The notes beneath the pieces were generated by a model, which saw only the letters and a program-made list of their open reading frames with translations, was not told the DNA's origin and did no database searches. The translations under genes and the position numbers were made by a program. A DNA stretch of 61,757 nt, filler included. It is 4 parts of 4 records of this genome, joined end to end, with 100 filler letters (N's around TTAATTAATTAA, not from the genome) between each part and the next. Parts side by side here need not be neighbours in the genome. Positions count along the whole stretch, not along the records: positions 1 to 28,170 come from SRR20825006_599; 3 more parts are not named here. The stretch is one strand, 5' to 3'. Of this stretch, positions 8,670-19,197 are shown in pieces. The stretch's first letter is position 1. Each line of letters starts with the position of its first letter.

Positions 8670-11639
8670 ATGAAACAAGACGACCACATTTTCCTGATCG
8701 ATGGCTCGGGCTTCATCTTCCGCGCCTTTCATGCGCTGCCGCCTTTGACGCGTAAATCCGATGGCCTGCCGGTTGGCGCTGTTTCGGGCTTCTGCAACAT
8801 GTTGTGGAAGCTTCTGACGCAGGCGCGCGATACATCCGTCGGCGTCACGCCAACGCATCTGGCGGTGATCTTCGATTTTTCATCGAAGACATTCCGCAAG
8901 GAAATTTATCCCGAATACAAGTCGCATCGACCGCCGCCGCCGGAAGATCTGGTGCCGCAGTTTGCCTTGATTCGCGAGGCAACCCGCGCCTTCAACCTGC
9001 CGTGCATCGAAATGGAAGGCTATGAAGCCGACGATATCATAGCGACCTATGCACGAATGGCTGAAGAAGCAGGGGCTGAAGCAACGATCATTTCCTCCGA
9101 CAAGGATCTGATGCAGCTCGTCGGTCCAAAGGTTCATATGTATGACGGCATGAAGGACCGCCAGATCGGCGTTTCCGAAGTGGTTGAAAAATGGGGTGTG
9201 CCGCCGGAAAAGATGATCGATCTTCAGGCGCTTACCGGCGATTCGGTTGATAATGTGCCGGGCGTACCCGGCATTGGGCCGAAAACAGCTGCAACGCTTC
9301 TGGAAGAATTCGGTGACCTTGATACGCTGCTGGAAAAGGCAGAGACCATCAAGCAGAAGAAGCGACGCGAGAATATCATCGCCAACAGGGAGCTTGTTCT
9401 GGTCTCGCGCCAACTGGTGACGCTGAAGCGCGACTGCCCGGTGGAACTGGGACTGGAGGATTTTGCTCTTGAGGCGCAGGACGGGCCGAAACTGGTCGCC
9501 TTCCTGAAAGCGATGAATTTCAATTCACTCACCCGCCGGGTTGCGGAGGCGACCGAAACCGAAGCATCCGAAATCGAACCGGCTGACGTGCCGGTCGAAT
9601 GGGGAGCGGATGCGCATGGCCCCGACCTTGATGCAGGTGAAGCGAAAACTGAAGTTGGCAGTCGCTCAGATTCGGCTTCCGGCAATACGGCAGGCGCTGG
9701 TACGGCGACGCCTGCAGATTTTGCCAATGCCCGTGCACAGCGTTTTGCTTCTTTGCCGATCGACCGGGAAAACTATGTCACTATCCGTGATATCGAAACG
9801 CTGAAAAACTGGATTGATGCGGCGCGTGACAAGAGGCTTTGCGCCTTCGATACCGAAACGACCTCACTGGATGCCATGCAGGCCGAACTCGTTGGCTTTT
9901 CGCTGGCGCTTTATGATGAGGATGCGCAGGATGACAAGGACGTTGTCCGCGCCGCCTATATCCCGCTGGCCCACAAGAGCGGGCAGGGTGATCTTCTGGG
10001 CGGCGGACTGGCAGAAGGTCAGATCCGGTTTGATGACGCACTTGCTCAGCTGAAGGGCTTGCTTGAAGACGAGTCGGTTCTCAAGATTGCCCAGAACCTC
10101 AAATATGATTACCTCGTCATGCTGCGATATGGCATTGCAGTCAAAGCTTTCGACGACACGATGCTGTTGTCCTATGTACTGGATTCCGGCATGGGCGGGC
10201 ATGGCATGGATGCGCTTTCGGAAAAATGGCTCGGCCATAAGCCTGTCCCTTACAAGGAAGTTGCGGGCTCAGGCAAATCCATGGTGACGTTTGATTATGT
10301 CGATATCAACCGTGCCACAGCCTATGCGGCGGAAGATGCCGATGTCACGCTGCGGCTCTGGCTTACTCTGAAACCTCGTCTGGTTGCGGAAAAGGTCGCG
10401 ACCGTTTACGAGCGGCTGGAGCGCCCGCTTCTGCCGGTTCTGGCGCGCATGGAAGAGCGCGGGATATCCGTTGATCGGCAGATTCTTTCGCGGCTTTCCG
10501 GTGAGCTGGCGCAGCGTGCGGCGTCTTATGAAGACGAGATTTATGAGTTGGCGGGCGAAAAGTTCAATATCGGCTCGCCCAAGCAACTGGGTGAAATCCT
10601 GTTTGGCAAGATGGGCCTTCCCGGGGGCAAGAAAACCAAGAGCGGCCAGTGGTCGACCTCGGTTCAGGTGCTGGACGACCTTGCGGCTGAAGGTCATCCT
10701 CTACCTTCCAAGATCGTCGAATGGCGGCAGGTTACCAAACTGAAATCGACCTATACGGACGCGCTGCCGGGCTATATTCACCCGGAAGACAAGCGTGTGC
10801 ATACCTCTTATTCGCTCGCATCGACCACAACGGGCCGCCTGTCGTCATCGGAGCCGAATCTGCAGAACATTCCGGTGCGTACCGCAGATGGTCGCAAGAT
10901 CAGAACTGCGTTTGTCTCCACCACCGGGCACAAGCTCCTGTCGGCGGATTACAGCCAGATTGAGCTGCGCGTTCTTGCCCATGTCGCCGATATCGGTCAG
11001 TTGAAGCAGGCTTTTTCCGATGGTATCGATATTCATGCGATGACAGCATCGGAGATGTTCGGGGTGCCGGTGGATGGTATGCCCGGAGAGGTTCGCCGCC
11101 GGGCCAAGGCGATCAATTTCGGCATCATTTACGGTATTTCCGCCTTTGGTCTTGCCAATCAACTTGGCATTGCGCGTTCGGAAGCAGGTGAATATATCAA
11201 ACGCTATTTCGAACGTTTTCCCGGCATCAAAGATTATATGGAAGAAACCAAGGCGCAGGCCCGCGACAAGGGTTATGTCGAAACTATTTTCGGACGGCGC
11301 ATCCACTACCCCGAAATCAGGTCTTCCAATCATCAGGTCAGAAGCTTCAATGAGCGCGCTGCAATCAATGCGCCTATCCAGGGATCGGCAGCAGATGTGA
11401 TCCGGCGCGCCATGATCCGCGTCGAACCGGCTCTGGTCGAAGCGGGCCTCGGTGAGAAGGTGAAAATGCTGCTGCAGGTGCATGACGAACTGATATTCGA
11501 AATTGAGGACGGAGCCGTTGACAAGGCGAAGGATGTGATCGTTTCGATCATGGAAAACGCTTCCATGCCTGCCGTTTCGATGGCGGTTCCGCTTCAGGTC
11601 GATGCACGTGCTGCCCACAATTGGGATGAGGCGCACTGA
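8670..11639 (+). CDS. polA: DNA polymerase I
   Basis: 5'-3' exonuclease (LIDGS, EADD, GDSVDN), 3'-5' exonuclease (FDTET), polymerase motifs DYSQIELR, RRAKAINFGIIYG, QVHDE; alternative ATG at 8658. Confidence 0.98.
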   Translation: MKQDDHIFLIDGSGFIFRAFHALPPLTRKSDGLPVGAVSGFCNMLWKLLTQARDTSVGVTPTHLAVIFDFSSKTFRKEIYPEYKSHRPPPPEDLVPQFALIREATRAFNLPCIEMEGYEADDIIATYARMAEEAGAEATIISSDKDLMQLVGPKVHMYDGMKDRQIGVSEVVEKWGVPPEKMIDLQALTGDSVDNVPGVPGIGPKTAATLLEEFGDLDTLLEKAETIKQKKRRENIIANRELVLVSRQLVTLKRDCPVELGLEDFALEAQDGPKLVAFLKAMNFNSLTRRVAEATETEASEIEPADVPVEWGADAHGPDLDAGEAKTEVGSRSDSASGNTAGAGTATPADFANARAQRFASLPIDRENYVTIRDIETLKNWIDAARDKRLCAFDTETTSLDAMQAELVGFSLALYDEDAQDDKDVVRAAYIPLAHKSGQGDLLGGGLAEGQIRFDDALAQLKGLLEDESVLKIAQNLKYDYLVMLRYGIAVKAFDDTMLLSYVLDSGMGGHGMDALSEKWLGHKPVPYKEVAGSGKSMVTFDYVDINRATAYAAEDADVTLRLWLTLKPRLVAEKVATVYERLERPLLPVLARMEERGISVDRQILSRLSGELAQRAASYEDEIYELAGEKFNIGSPKQLGEILFGKMGLPGGKKTKSGQWSTSVQVLDDLAAEGHPLPSKIVEWRQVTKLKSTYTDALPGYIHPEDKRVHTSYSLASTTTGRLSSSEPNLQNIPVRTADGRKIRTAFVSTTGHKLLSADYSQIELRVLAHVADIGQLKQAFSDGIDIHAMTASEMFGVPVDGMPGEVRRRAKAINFGIIYGISAFGLANQLGIARSEAGEYIKRYFERFPGIKDYMEETKAQARDKGYVETIFGRRIHYPEIRSSNHQVRSFNERAAINAPIQGSAADVIRRAMIRVEPALVEAGLGEKVKMLLQVHDELIFEIEDGAVDKAKDVIVSIMENASMPAVSMAVPLQVDARAAHNWDEAH

Positions 11640-11670
11640 ACCTGCAGGATCATACAAAAAGGATATACTC

Positions 11671-12015
11671 ATGAACCCGGCAATTGCTGCTTACAGCGCG
11701 CTTGGTGTTGCAATTATCTGCGAAGTGATTGGCTCAACACTGCTGCAGAAGTCGCATGGTTTTTCGAAGCTTCTGCCGACGCTCGGTGTGGTGGCCTTTT
11801 ACCTGGTCGCGTTTTTCTTCCTGTCGCAGGCCTTGAAGACGATACCGCTCGGTATCGCCTATGCAATATGGGCGGGGCTTGGCATTGTGCTGACAGCATT
11901 GATCAGCGTCTTTTACCTCAAGCAAAACCTTGATCTGGCGGGTGCTATCGGTATTGCCATGATCGTCGGTGGCGTGATGGTGATGAACCTGTTTTCAAAC
12001 GCCACTGGGCACTGA
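11671..12015 (+). CDS. SMR-family small multidrug/cation transporter
   Basis: 114 aa, four hydrophobic helices, TM1 Glu (ICEVIG), IPLGIAYAIWAG. Confidence 0.9.
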   Translation: MNPAIAAYSALGVAIICEVIGSTLLQKSHGFSKLLPTLGVVAFYLVAFFFLSQALKTIPLGIAYAIWAGLGIVLTALISVFYLKQNLDLAGAIGIAMIVGGVMVMNLFSNATGH

Positions 12016-12045
12016 GAAAGACATGCTGATGATCGGTGAACCGGC

Positions 12046-12624
12046 TCACCGAACAGCGGGTCGTGCCGCTTCAATGATGGCAACGAAATGCGCCCCGGCT
12101 TCTTTCAGGGCACCGGAATTGTCGATCTCGATGACGTCGAAATCGCCACGCACTTCCATCGTCGAGCGTGCAAGGCGGCGAAGAATATCGTTTCGGGTTT
12201 CGCGCCCGCGCGCCTCCAGACGGGCGGTCAGGATTTCCGGCCGTGCGGTGACATTGATGACCGTGAGGGAGCCAAACGCATCGCGGAACATGGGCAGAGC
12301 AGAGCGAGAACCATTACAGATCGCTATGCCGCCGGTGCGCACGAAATCACGGGTTTCAGCCGGGATGCCATATTTCAGTCCATGGGCCTCCCAGGATACG
12401 GCGAATGCACCTTCCATCTCTGCTGCATCGAAAGCTTCCCGCGTCATCGTGGCGTGATCTTCCGTTGCACTGTCGCAGGGCCGGGTGATGACGCGCCGGA
12501 CGGGCTGAACTGCGTCATGTTCCCTGAAATGCTCCAGCGCGTGATTGATCAGGCTATCCTTGCCAGCCCCGCTCGGGCCGACCACGACAATGATCCGTCC
12601 TTCTCCTTTGTTCAGCTTGGTCAT
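12046..12624 (-). CDS. phnN: Ribose 1,5-bisphosphate phosphokinase
   Basis: GPSGAGKDS Walker A, RRVITR, WEAHGLKYG, NGSR; end of phn cluster. Confidence 0.95.
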   Translation of the reverse strand: MTKLNKGEGRIIVVVGPSGAGKDSLINHALEHFREHDAVQPVRRVITRPCDSATEDHATMTREAFDAAEMEGAFAVSWEAHGLKYGIPAETRDFVRTGGIAICNGSRSALPMFRDAFGSLTVINVTARPEILTARLEARGRETRNDILRRLARSTMEVRGDFDVIEIDNSGALKEAGAHFVAIIEAARPAVR

Positions 12625-12629
12625 GACAA

Positions 12630-13769
12630 TCAGGCCACGCGCTTTCCGCCACGCCAGACGGCGCGTGTCACAGGCACGCCTTCCGGGCGGTAAACGCGCA
12701 CCAGATCGGCACGCAGGCCTGGCGCAATCCGGCCGCGATCGTCAAGATTGACCGAACGCGCAGGCGTTGATGTCACCATGCGCAGCGCCTCCGGCAGGCT
12801 GATCTCCTCCACCTCGTCGGAGAGAACGAAGGGGGCATAAAGCAGGGAAAGCGGCACGTAATCAGAGGAAAGAACATCAAGAACCTTGTTTCTGGCTAGG
12901 TCACGGGCTGCAATATTGCCGGAATGAGACTGGCCGCGCACGACATTCGGCGCTCCCATCAGCACCGAAAGCCCGGCGCCATGTGATGCTTTTGCAGCGT
13001 CCAGCGTCGTCGGAAACTCAGCGACCTTGACGCCGTGGTCGATGGCTTCCTCAACGTGGGCTGTCGTGGCGTCATCGTGCGATGCGACCGTGATACCGCG
13101 TGTCTTGCAGTGATCGGAAATCAGGCGACGATGCCTGTCGGCATATCTGGCGGAAGCGTCCTGACGGCGTTTGACGAATTCGTCAAACTGGGCATCGGTC
13201 AGGCCACGCTTGGTCTTGTAATAAAGTGTGTACTGCGAAATGTCGGTAAACTGCCGTTGTCCCGGTGCGTGATCCATCAGCGAGGCCAGCTTCACATGCG
13301 GATCGTTCTCGAAGTCGGAGAAATGGTTGATCACGTCCGAGGCGGAAACTTCACAGCGCAGATGCAGAAAATGCTGGGCGCGCAGGCGGTCTTGGTCTTC
13401 TGCCGTGCGAATGGCATCGGCCATATCGCGCATTTCACCGGCCTGAAAGCCATCATCCTCATCCGATCCCATGCGCAGACAGTCAAACACAGTGGTAATG
13501 CCGGCGGTTGCGATCTGGGCGTCATGGGCCTGAACGGCGGCAATCTTGTTCCAGCGCACGCCGGGGCGCGGCGAATAGTGCCCCTCAAGATGGTCTGTGT
13601 GAAGCTCCACCAGGCCGGGTATCAGATAATCACCGCCGAAATCTTCGCCTTTTTCTGCATTGCCTTCGGAAATTTCGGCGATCTTGCCGTCGCGGATGGC
13701 GAGAGTGCCCTCAATGATCTCATTTTCAAGGACGATTTTTGCGTTGGTCAGGATTGTTTCAGCGGTCAT
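12630..13769 (-). CDS. phnM: Alpha-D-ribose 1-methylphosphonate 5-triphosphate diphosphatase
   Basis: PGLVELHTDHLE, DHAPGQRQF, ASHDD, GAPNVVRG-x-SHSGN, SSDYVP. Confidence 0.97.
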   Translation of the reverse strand: MTAETILTNAKIVLENEIIEGTLAIRDGKIAEISEGNAEKGEDFGGDYLIPGLVELHTDHLEGHYSPRPGVRWNKIAAVQAHDAQIATAGITTVFDCLRMGSDEDDGFQAGEMRDMADAIRTAEDQDRLRAQHFLHLRCEVSASDVINHFSDFENDPHVKLASLMDHAPGQRQFTDISQYTLYYKTKRGLTDAQFDEFVKRRQDASARYADRHRRLISDHCKTRGITVASHDDATTAHVEEAIDHGVKVAEFPTTLDAAKASHGAGLSVLMGAPNVVRGQSHSGNIAARDLARNKVLDVLSSDYVPLSLLYAPFVLSDEVEEISLPEALRMVTSTPARSVNLDDRGRIAPGLRADLVRVYRPEGVPVTRAVWRGGKRVA

Positions 13770-13780
13770 TCTTGTATCTT

Positions 13781-14512
13781 TCAGTCAGCGCCGCCGGTGA
13801 GCGGCTGCCAGCGGTGGATGGTGAAGGGCGCACCCCGGTCCTCTTCCACGAAAAGGCCGAGGCCGGAGATCGTAAGCGGTCTGCCTACAAACGGTGCGAA
13901 ATAGGTTTCCAGTTCTTTTTGAATGGCAAGACGATCTGTACCCTGAACGCTGCCAGTCAAGGTCATATGGAAGCGGAACTCGTCGAATACATAAGGATAG
14001 CCCCAGCGTGACAGATTATCGCGCTGTGCCTCGGTCAGTTCTTCGGGTTTGCGCCGGGCAATTTCCTCCGCTGTCAACGGCGCACGCATGGACTCGAAAT
14101 ATTCCACTGTTTGCTCTGCAAAGGTCTGAAGCTGTTCGGAAGGTTGTGCAGGTACCAGAGCGAAGAATGCACCGAGCTGGCCGATCTGAATTTCGGGAAG
14201 GTCAAATGCCTGCTTTTGGCGGCAGAACACATCGAATGCGGCATCCAGCGCTGATGGTGTAACGTTTTCTGCCAGACGGAATGGCGCCTTCAGCGTTGCG
14301 TGGAAACCATAACGTGCTGGCGCTGCGGTGATGGCGCTCATGCGCCCCGGCTGTACAGCAATGGTTTCCGGATAAGGAACGTTCTCGCCGGTAAACGCAT
14401 TGTAACCAAGCCACTTATTGACGGCGGCTGTCAGCGGATCGTCTTCAGCGGGGGTGAAATAGATAGCGTATCGCAACGGAATATCCTTCAAATCGGCATT
14501 GTCGGGCAGCAA
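13781..14512 (-). CDS. DUF1045 phosphonate-metabolism protein (2H phosphoesterase-like)
   Basis: RYAIYFTP, YGFHATLKAPF and FRFHMTLTG (two HxT motifs), WGYPYV; TTG start. Confidence 0.88.
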   Translation of the reverse strand: MLPDNADLKDIPLRYAIYFTPAEDDPLTAAVNKWLGYNAFTGENVPYPETIAVQPGRMSAITAAPARYGFHATLKAPFRLAENVTPSALDAAFDVFCRQKQAFDLPEIQIGQLGAFFALVPAQPSEQLQTFAEQTVEYFESMRAPLTAEEIARRKPEELTEAQRDNLSRWGYPYVFDEFRFHMTLTGSVQGTDRLAIQKELETYFAPFVGRPLTISGLGLFVEEDRGAPFTIHRWQPLTGGAD

Positions 14513-14567
14513 ACCCTGATGGGATTCGCCTGTTCAGGCAAGCGCAGTTGTGTCTACCTGAAATTGT

Positions 14568-16094
14568 TCAATGCCGATCGGCCCTATGAGTTCCCATCAA
14601 TCGTGATCTGAGGGCGTTCGAAATATGGTCAAAGAAAAACACGACGATCAGGATCAGCAAAACCATATAAGCCACATTTTCCCAATCGGAATTGGTGCGC
14701 ATCGATTCCCAGAGCTTCAGACCGATACCGCCTGCGCCCACTGCGCCGATAATGGTGGCTGAACGGGTGTTGGACTCCCAGAAGTAGAGCGCCTGCGAGC
14801 AAAATACCGGAAGCACCTGCGGCAGTACACCGAAACGTTGAACAGCCAGCGGTGGCGCACCGACAGATTTGACGCCCTCGCGCTGCTTGTCATCAATATT
14901 TTCCAGTGCTTCCGAGTAAAGCTTGCCGAGCGTGCCGGTATCGGTGAAGAAAATCGCCGAGATACCGGCCAGCGGTCCGGGGCCGAAGGCACGGGTGAAG
15001 AACAGTGCCCATATGAACATGTCGACGGATCGCAGGAAATCGAAGATCCGCTTGGTAATCTGGTTTACAGGCTTGTTGCGGGTGATATTGCGTGCGGCAA
15101 TGAACGACAGCGGAAATGCCAGAACACCCGCAAACAGCGTGCCCACAAACGCCATGACGATGGTCTGCAAAAGCTTGGTCCAGACATCGAGATGTTGCCA
15201 TGATGGATTATAGAGAAAGTCGTTGACGGCAAGTTTCCAGTTACTCATCGCTGGATCGAGCCGGTCGGGCGAGAAGACATGGCTGACCACCTGTCTGAAT
15301 GACATGCCGAAATAGTCGGAATTGGTATCGAAAAAGAAATTTTCCCAACCAAGGAAGCGCTTGTGGACGATGATCTTGTCATCACGGATTTCGACGTAAC
15401 CGTCAAAACCGAACCATGCATAGACCTTGGCGCCGGGGCGATCCTGTTCCATCCATGCGGGCAGGGCAGTTTCGGGATAAACCCCGTCATCATGGGCAAG
15501 CGCGAGTGTGATTGTTTCGTCGCCGCGAGTTACACGCACGGCTTCCGGCAAGACTGAAACCGTCTTGTTCTTGCCGATTGCGATATCGGCACTGGTGATC
15601 ACGTTTTCCGTTACGGTTTCGTGCGTTGGGCCGGTGCTGGCAGATGGGTCCCCTTGCGTACCGGCATTTTCCGGAGCCACGAACATAAATGAGCCGGAAG
15701 ATGAAGACGCAGAAGTGGAAGGTGCGGAGGAAGGGGCGCCCGTTTCAATCGTGCGGGTCATGGTTGCGCTGGTTGTCGTCAGCCATTCCGGGTCAGGGTT
15801 TTCACCAAGAGGCGAAAAACGCGGATATTCCACAGCCATAGCGCCATCGGCTTCGATTTCGACGGTCGGCCTTGCCTCCCACGAAACCCAATCCGCCAGA
15901 TAATTGCCGGCAATCGCCCAGTTGGCTGAACCGAGAACAGCGCCAACGGAGAAAAACCACCAGCAAAAAACAAGATAAAGAACTGCTCCGGAAATCAGCG
16001 ATAACGAACGGATGCGCGATTTCAGCGAGCCATGCATCAGATTTGGGTGACGCGCGGCAATGGCTTCCATTTCAGAGGCATCGATAACGGACAT
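14568..16094 (-). CDS. phnE: Phosphonate ABC transporter permease (long, PhoT-like form)
   Basis: C-terminal permease core (KLYSEALENID, WESNTRSATIIGAVGAGGIG); large extramembrane insert with Ser/Thr-rich stretch. Confidence 0.92.
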   Translation of the reverse strand: MSVIDASEMEAIAARHPNLMHGSLKSRIRSLSLISGAVLYLVFCWWFFSVGAVLGSANWAIAGNYLADWVSWEARPTVEIEADGAMAVEYPRFSPLGENPDPEWLTTTSATMTRTIETGAPSSAPSTSASSSSGSFMFVAPENAGTQGDPSASTGPTHETVTENVITSADIAIGKNKTVSVLPEAVRVTRGDETITLALAHDDGVYPETALPAWMEQDRPGAKVYAWFGFDGYVEIRDDKIIVHKRFLGWENFFFDTNSDYFGMSFRQVVSHVFSPDRLDPAMSNWKLAVNDFLYNPSWQHLDVWTKLLQTIVMAFVGTLFAGVLAFPLSFIAARNITRNKPVNQITKRIFDFLRSVDMFIWALFFTRAFGPGPLAGISAIFFTDTGTLGKLYSEALENIDDKQREGVKSVGAPPLAVQRFGVLPQVLPVFCSQALYFWESNTRSATIIGAVGAGGIGLKLWESMRTNSDWENVAYMVLLILIVVFFFDHISNALRSRLMGTHRADRH

Positions 16095-16105
16095 GGTTAA
16101 ACCTC

Positions 16106-17074
16106 TTACATTGCCGGGGCGAAGGCTTCATTGCCGATAAGCCGGCGCCTGAGCCATGCGGAAAACTGGTCGACCGCAACGATGGTGCAAAACAAAAGAA
16201 GCACGATGGCGAGTGTTTTGGCGGCATGGCCCCGGCTGATTGAAAGGCGCAGGAGTTCGCCGATACCGCCGCCGCCAACGGCGCCGATAATCGTCGAGGC
16301 GCGGACGTTGATTTCAAGGCGCAGCAGGAAGTAGCTCATGAAGTTCGGCAAAACCTGCGGCACGATGGCGAACCAGACGCGCTCGATCCAGTTGGCACCG
16401 GCAGCCTTCAGTCCTTCGTCAGCCTTCATGTCGGCATTTTCCACGACTTCGAAGAACAGTTTGCCGAGCGCGCCAATGGTGTGGACCGTTACCGCGATCA
16501 TCGCCGGGATTGGTCCCATCGACAGAATGGCGAGAAAAAAGCCCGCCAGAACGATCTCGGGAAAAGCGCGCAGCACTTCCATGAAGCGGCGAACAGTGCC
16601 GCGCAGCCAGACATTCTTCGTCAGGTTTTTCGCGGCAAAAAAACAGAGAATGAAGGCAAAGAAGAAACCGACAATGGTCGAGGCAATCGCGATGTTGAGC
16701 GTCTGCAGCATCGCGTAGAAATATTGCGGTATGTAAAGGCCGGTGCCAAAAAGGTAATGCCGCCCATCGGGATAGTCATACTGGAACGAGCCGTCATAGT
16801 AAGGCGAAGGGCGGTCGAAAAGAGCGCGGAAAATCTCAAACGGATCGCGCGGGATAAGGTCGCCGAAAAAGTCGAAGAAATGCGGCAGACGGTCAAAAAA
16901 CTTGCCCGCATTGGTTTCGTTGGCGAACCAGAGCGAAGCGGCAAGACAGACGAACAGGACGACCAGTGTGAGAATGGTATAAAGGCGCTTTTGTGCTGCA
17001 AGCTGGCGCCAGTGATCTTCGACGCGCCTGCCGCTTTCGCTTAAATATGTATCCCTGTCCGTATCATTGGCCAT
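16106..17074 (-). CDS. phnE: Phosphonate ABC transporter permease
   Basis: LRAFPEIV, GKLFFEVVENAD, EINVRASTIIGAVGGGGIG; start chosen at MANDT (17074). Confidence 0.93.
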   Translation of the reverse strand: MANDTDRDTYLSESGRRVEDHWRQLAAQKRLYTILTLVVLFVCLAASLWFANETNAGKFFDRLPHFFDFFGDLIPRDPFEIFRALFDRPSPYYDGSFQYDYPDGRHYLFGTGLYIPQYFYAMLQTLNIAIASTIVGFFFAFILCFFAAKNLTKNVWLRGTVRRFMEVLRAFPEIVLAGFFLAILSMGPIPAMIAVTVHTIGALGKLFFEVVENADMKADEGLKAAGANWIERVWFAIVPQVLPNFMSYFLLRLEINVRASTIIGAVGGGGIGELLRLSISRGHAAKTLAIVLLLFCTIVAVDQFSAWLRRRLIGNEAFAPAM

Positions 17075-17118
17075 TTTGCGAAACGTCCTGAAATTTGAAA
17101 TTAGGTGCGCCAGAATGG

Positions 17119-17156
17119 CCCGCACCGCCTTACCGGGATCGATAAGGCGGTGCGGG
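17119..17156 (-). other. Intercistronic hairpin between phnD and phnE
   Basis: CCCGCACCGCCTTA-N10-TAAGGCGGTGCGGG, perfect 14-bp stem, no U-run. Confidence 0.7.
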
Positions 17157-17175
17157 TATGGCCGGCGATCAGTCA

Positions 17176-18081
17176 TTAGCCGCCAATCGTGGCTCTACGA
17201 GCTGCAATGATCGGCTTGTAAAAGTCGACGCTGACCTCAGAAAAGCCTTTGAAGTTGCCGCCCTGGATGGCCGAAAAGCACTCGGGATCGGTTTCCGGCA
17301 GATTGATCATGAATTCCTTGAACGCCTGCTTGGCGTCGTCGTTCATGGTGGAACGAACAACAACAGGGCCGTTCGGGATCAGCGGGCTTTCCCAAAGCTG
17401 AACCAGATCGTCCATGTTCAGGATACCCTTGTCGACCATCTTGCGCAGGTTGCCGGACGTGTAACCATCTTCGAAATCACCAACGCCCGAAGACCAGGTC
17501 GTGCCGGCATCGAATGTGCCCTTAACGACTTCGAGTACGAGGTTTTCATGACCGCCACCGAAGCCGGTTTCGGAGAAGAATTCATCAACCGAGGCGCCGG
17601 TTGCTTCGGGGAGCGTAACGGTCGGGACGAGGAAGCCGGATGTGGAATCAGGATCGGCAAAACCGAGCTTCTTGCCCTTCATGTCCTCCAGCGAAGTCAT
17701 GCCGCTGTCCTTGCGGGCAACCATGACAGAATGATATCCCATGGAGCCGTCGGTCTGAACGGTGGTCAGAATCGGTTCAACAGCTTCTGGGTCAGCAAGG
17801 TAAACCTTGGCGTAGCCGGAAGCACCAAGTTCGGCATAGTCAAGCGTGCCGCCGAGTAGGCCCTGAATAACGCCATCATAGTCAGCAGCCGGGAACAGCG
17901 AAACCTTTTCAACGCCGAGAACGTCCGGCAGCTTGTCAACCATGCACTGGAAATTGCGCAGGCGGTCGGCTTCGTTTTCGCCGCCGAGGATGCCGATGCG
18001 GAATTCATTCATGTCCTGAGCGATGGCCGAGGTGCTCAGGGCGGCAAGGGCTGCCGTAGCCAGAAGAACTTTCTTGAACAT
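17176..18081 (-). CDS. phnD: Phosphonate ABC transporter substrate-binding protein
   Basis: Signal peptide; GILGGENE, FADPDSTSG, FGGGHE, LIPNGP. Confidence 0.95.
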   Translation of the reverse strand: MFKKVLLATAALAALSTSAIAQDMNEFRIGILGGENEADRLRNFQCMVDKLPDVLGVEKVSLFPAADYDGVIQGLLGGTLDYAELGASGYAKVYLADPEAVEPILTTVQTDGSMGYHSVMVARKDSGMTSLEDMKGKKLGFADPDSTSGFLVPTVTLPEATGASVDEFFSETGFGGGHENLVLEVVKGTFDAGTTWSSGVGDFEDGYTSGNLRKMVDKGILNMDDLVQLWESPLIPNGPVVVRSTMNDDAKQAFKEFMINLPETDPECFSAIQGGNFKGFSEVSVDFYKPIIAARRATIGG

Positions 18082-18168
18082 GACTTTCTCTCCAGTTGTC
18101 CGGCTCCAGCCGGGATTTAGGGGATAAAATACTGCCCTTGACGCGGGCCAACGATCATTGTGAAGCGG

Positions 18169-19041
18169 TCAGGGCGCTGCCGCTTCCGCCTCTGCCAGTT
18201 GCGGGATATCCGCATTGGCGGATTGATTTGCAGCCTTTTTCCGGCCGAACTTTTCCTGATTGATGCTGGTCGATGTCATGCTTTCATTGATCCCGGCGCC
18301 GTCTCTGTCGGAACCGTAGATTTCCTGAACAGCATCGGCTGTCAGCTCACTCGGCGGACCGTCGAAAACCACGGAACCATTCGCCATTCCGATAATGCGC
18401 TCACAATAGGTGCGGGCGGTATCGAGCGTGTGCAGATTGGTGATCACCGTAATGCCTTCGCGTTCGTTGATATCGCGCAGTGCATCCATCACAACCTTGG
18501 CATTGAGTGGATCGAGAGAGGCAATCGGCTCGTCGGCCAGAACCATTTTCGGGTCCTGCATCAGCGCGCGGGCAATGGCGACACGCTGCTGCTGGCCGCC
18601 GGAAAGCGTGCCGGCCTTTTGCAGCGCAGTCTGTTCGATACCAAGGCGCTCAAGTGCGGCAATCGCCATAATGCGTTCTTCGCGGGTAAAGACATTCATC
18701 AGGCTTTTGACAGTAGACCGGTGGTTGAGGCGGCCCAGCATCACATTGGTCAAAACATCAAGTCGGGGTACGAGGTTGAACTGCTGGAAGATCATCGCGC
18801 AATCGCACTGCCAGTCGCGCAGGGCCTTGCCTTTCAGTGTGGAAACATCCATGTCACCGAACAGGATATTGCCTTCGGAGGGATCAATCAGGCGATTGAC
18901 CATGCGCAGCAGTGTCGACTTTCCAGCGCCCGAACGGCCGATGACGCCGACCATCTGGCCTTGCGGGATATCGACGCTGACCGCGTTCACAGCAACATTC
19001 CTGCCGAAACGCCGTGTGACGTTCTTGAGCTCAAAATTCAT
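18169..19041 (-). CDS. phnC: Phosphonate ABC transporter ATP-binding protein
   Basis: [40 protein letters not shown]. Confidence 0.96.
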   Translation of the reverse strand: MNFELKNVTRRFGRNVAVNAVSVDIPQGQMVGVIGRSGAGKSTLLRMVNRLIDPSEGNILFGDMDVSTLKGKALRDWQCDCAMIFQQFNLVPRLDVLTNVMLGRLNHRSTVKSLMNVFTREERIMAIAALERLGIEQTALQKAGTLSGGQQQRVAIARALMQDPKMVLADEPIASLDPLNAKVVMDALRDINEREGITVITNLHTLDTARTYCERIIGMANGSVVFDGPPSELTADAVQEIYGSDRDGAGINESMTSTSINQEKFGRKKAANQSANADIPQLAEAEAAAP

Positions 19042-19145
19042 ACCAGCGCAACTTTCGATTTTCTGGAATTTAGGTGCAATGCACCGTGTTCGGTCGCTAA
19101 ACCGGCTTCCCTGAGCTCTTCTTAAGACTGATCATTGAAGGTAGA

Positions 19146-19174
19146 ATGTCACTTTTGTATCAGTATTCTTACAA
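19146..19174 (-). promoter_or_regulatory. Putative degenerate PHO box array upstream of phnC
   Basis: Minus strand TTGTAAG-N4-CTGATAC-N4-GTGACAT, 11-bp period, versus consensus CTGTCAT. Confidence 0.55.
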
Positions 19175-19197
19175 AATCGCCGTCACCTGATGGATGT

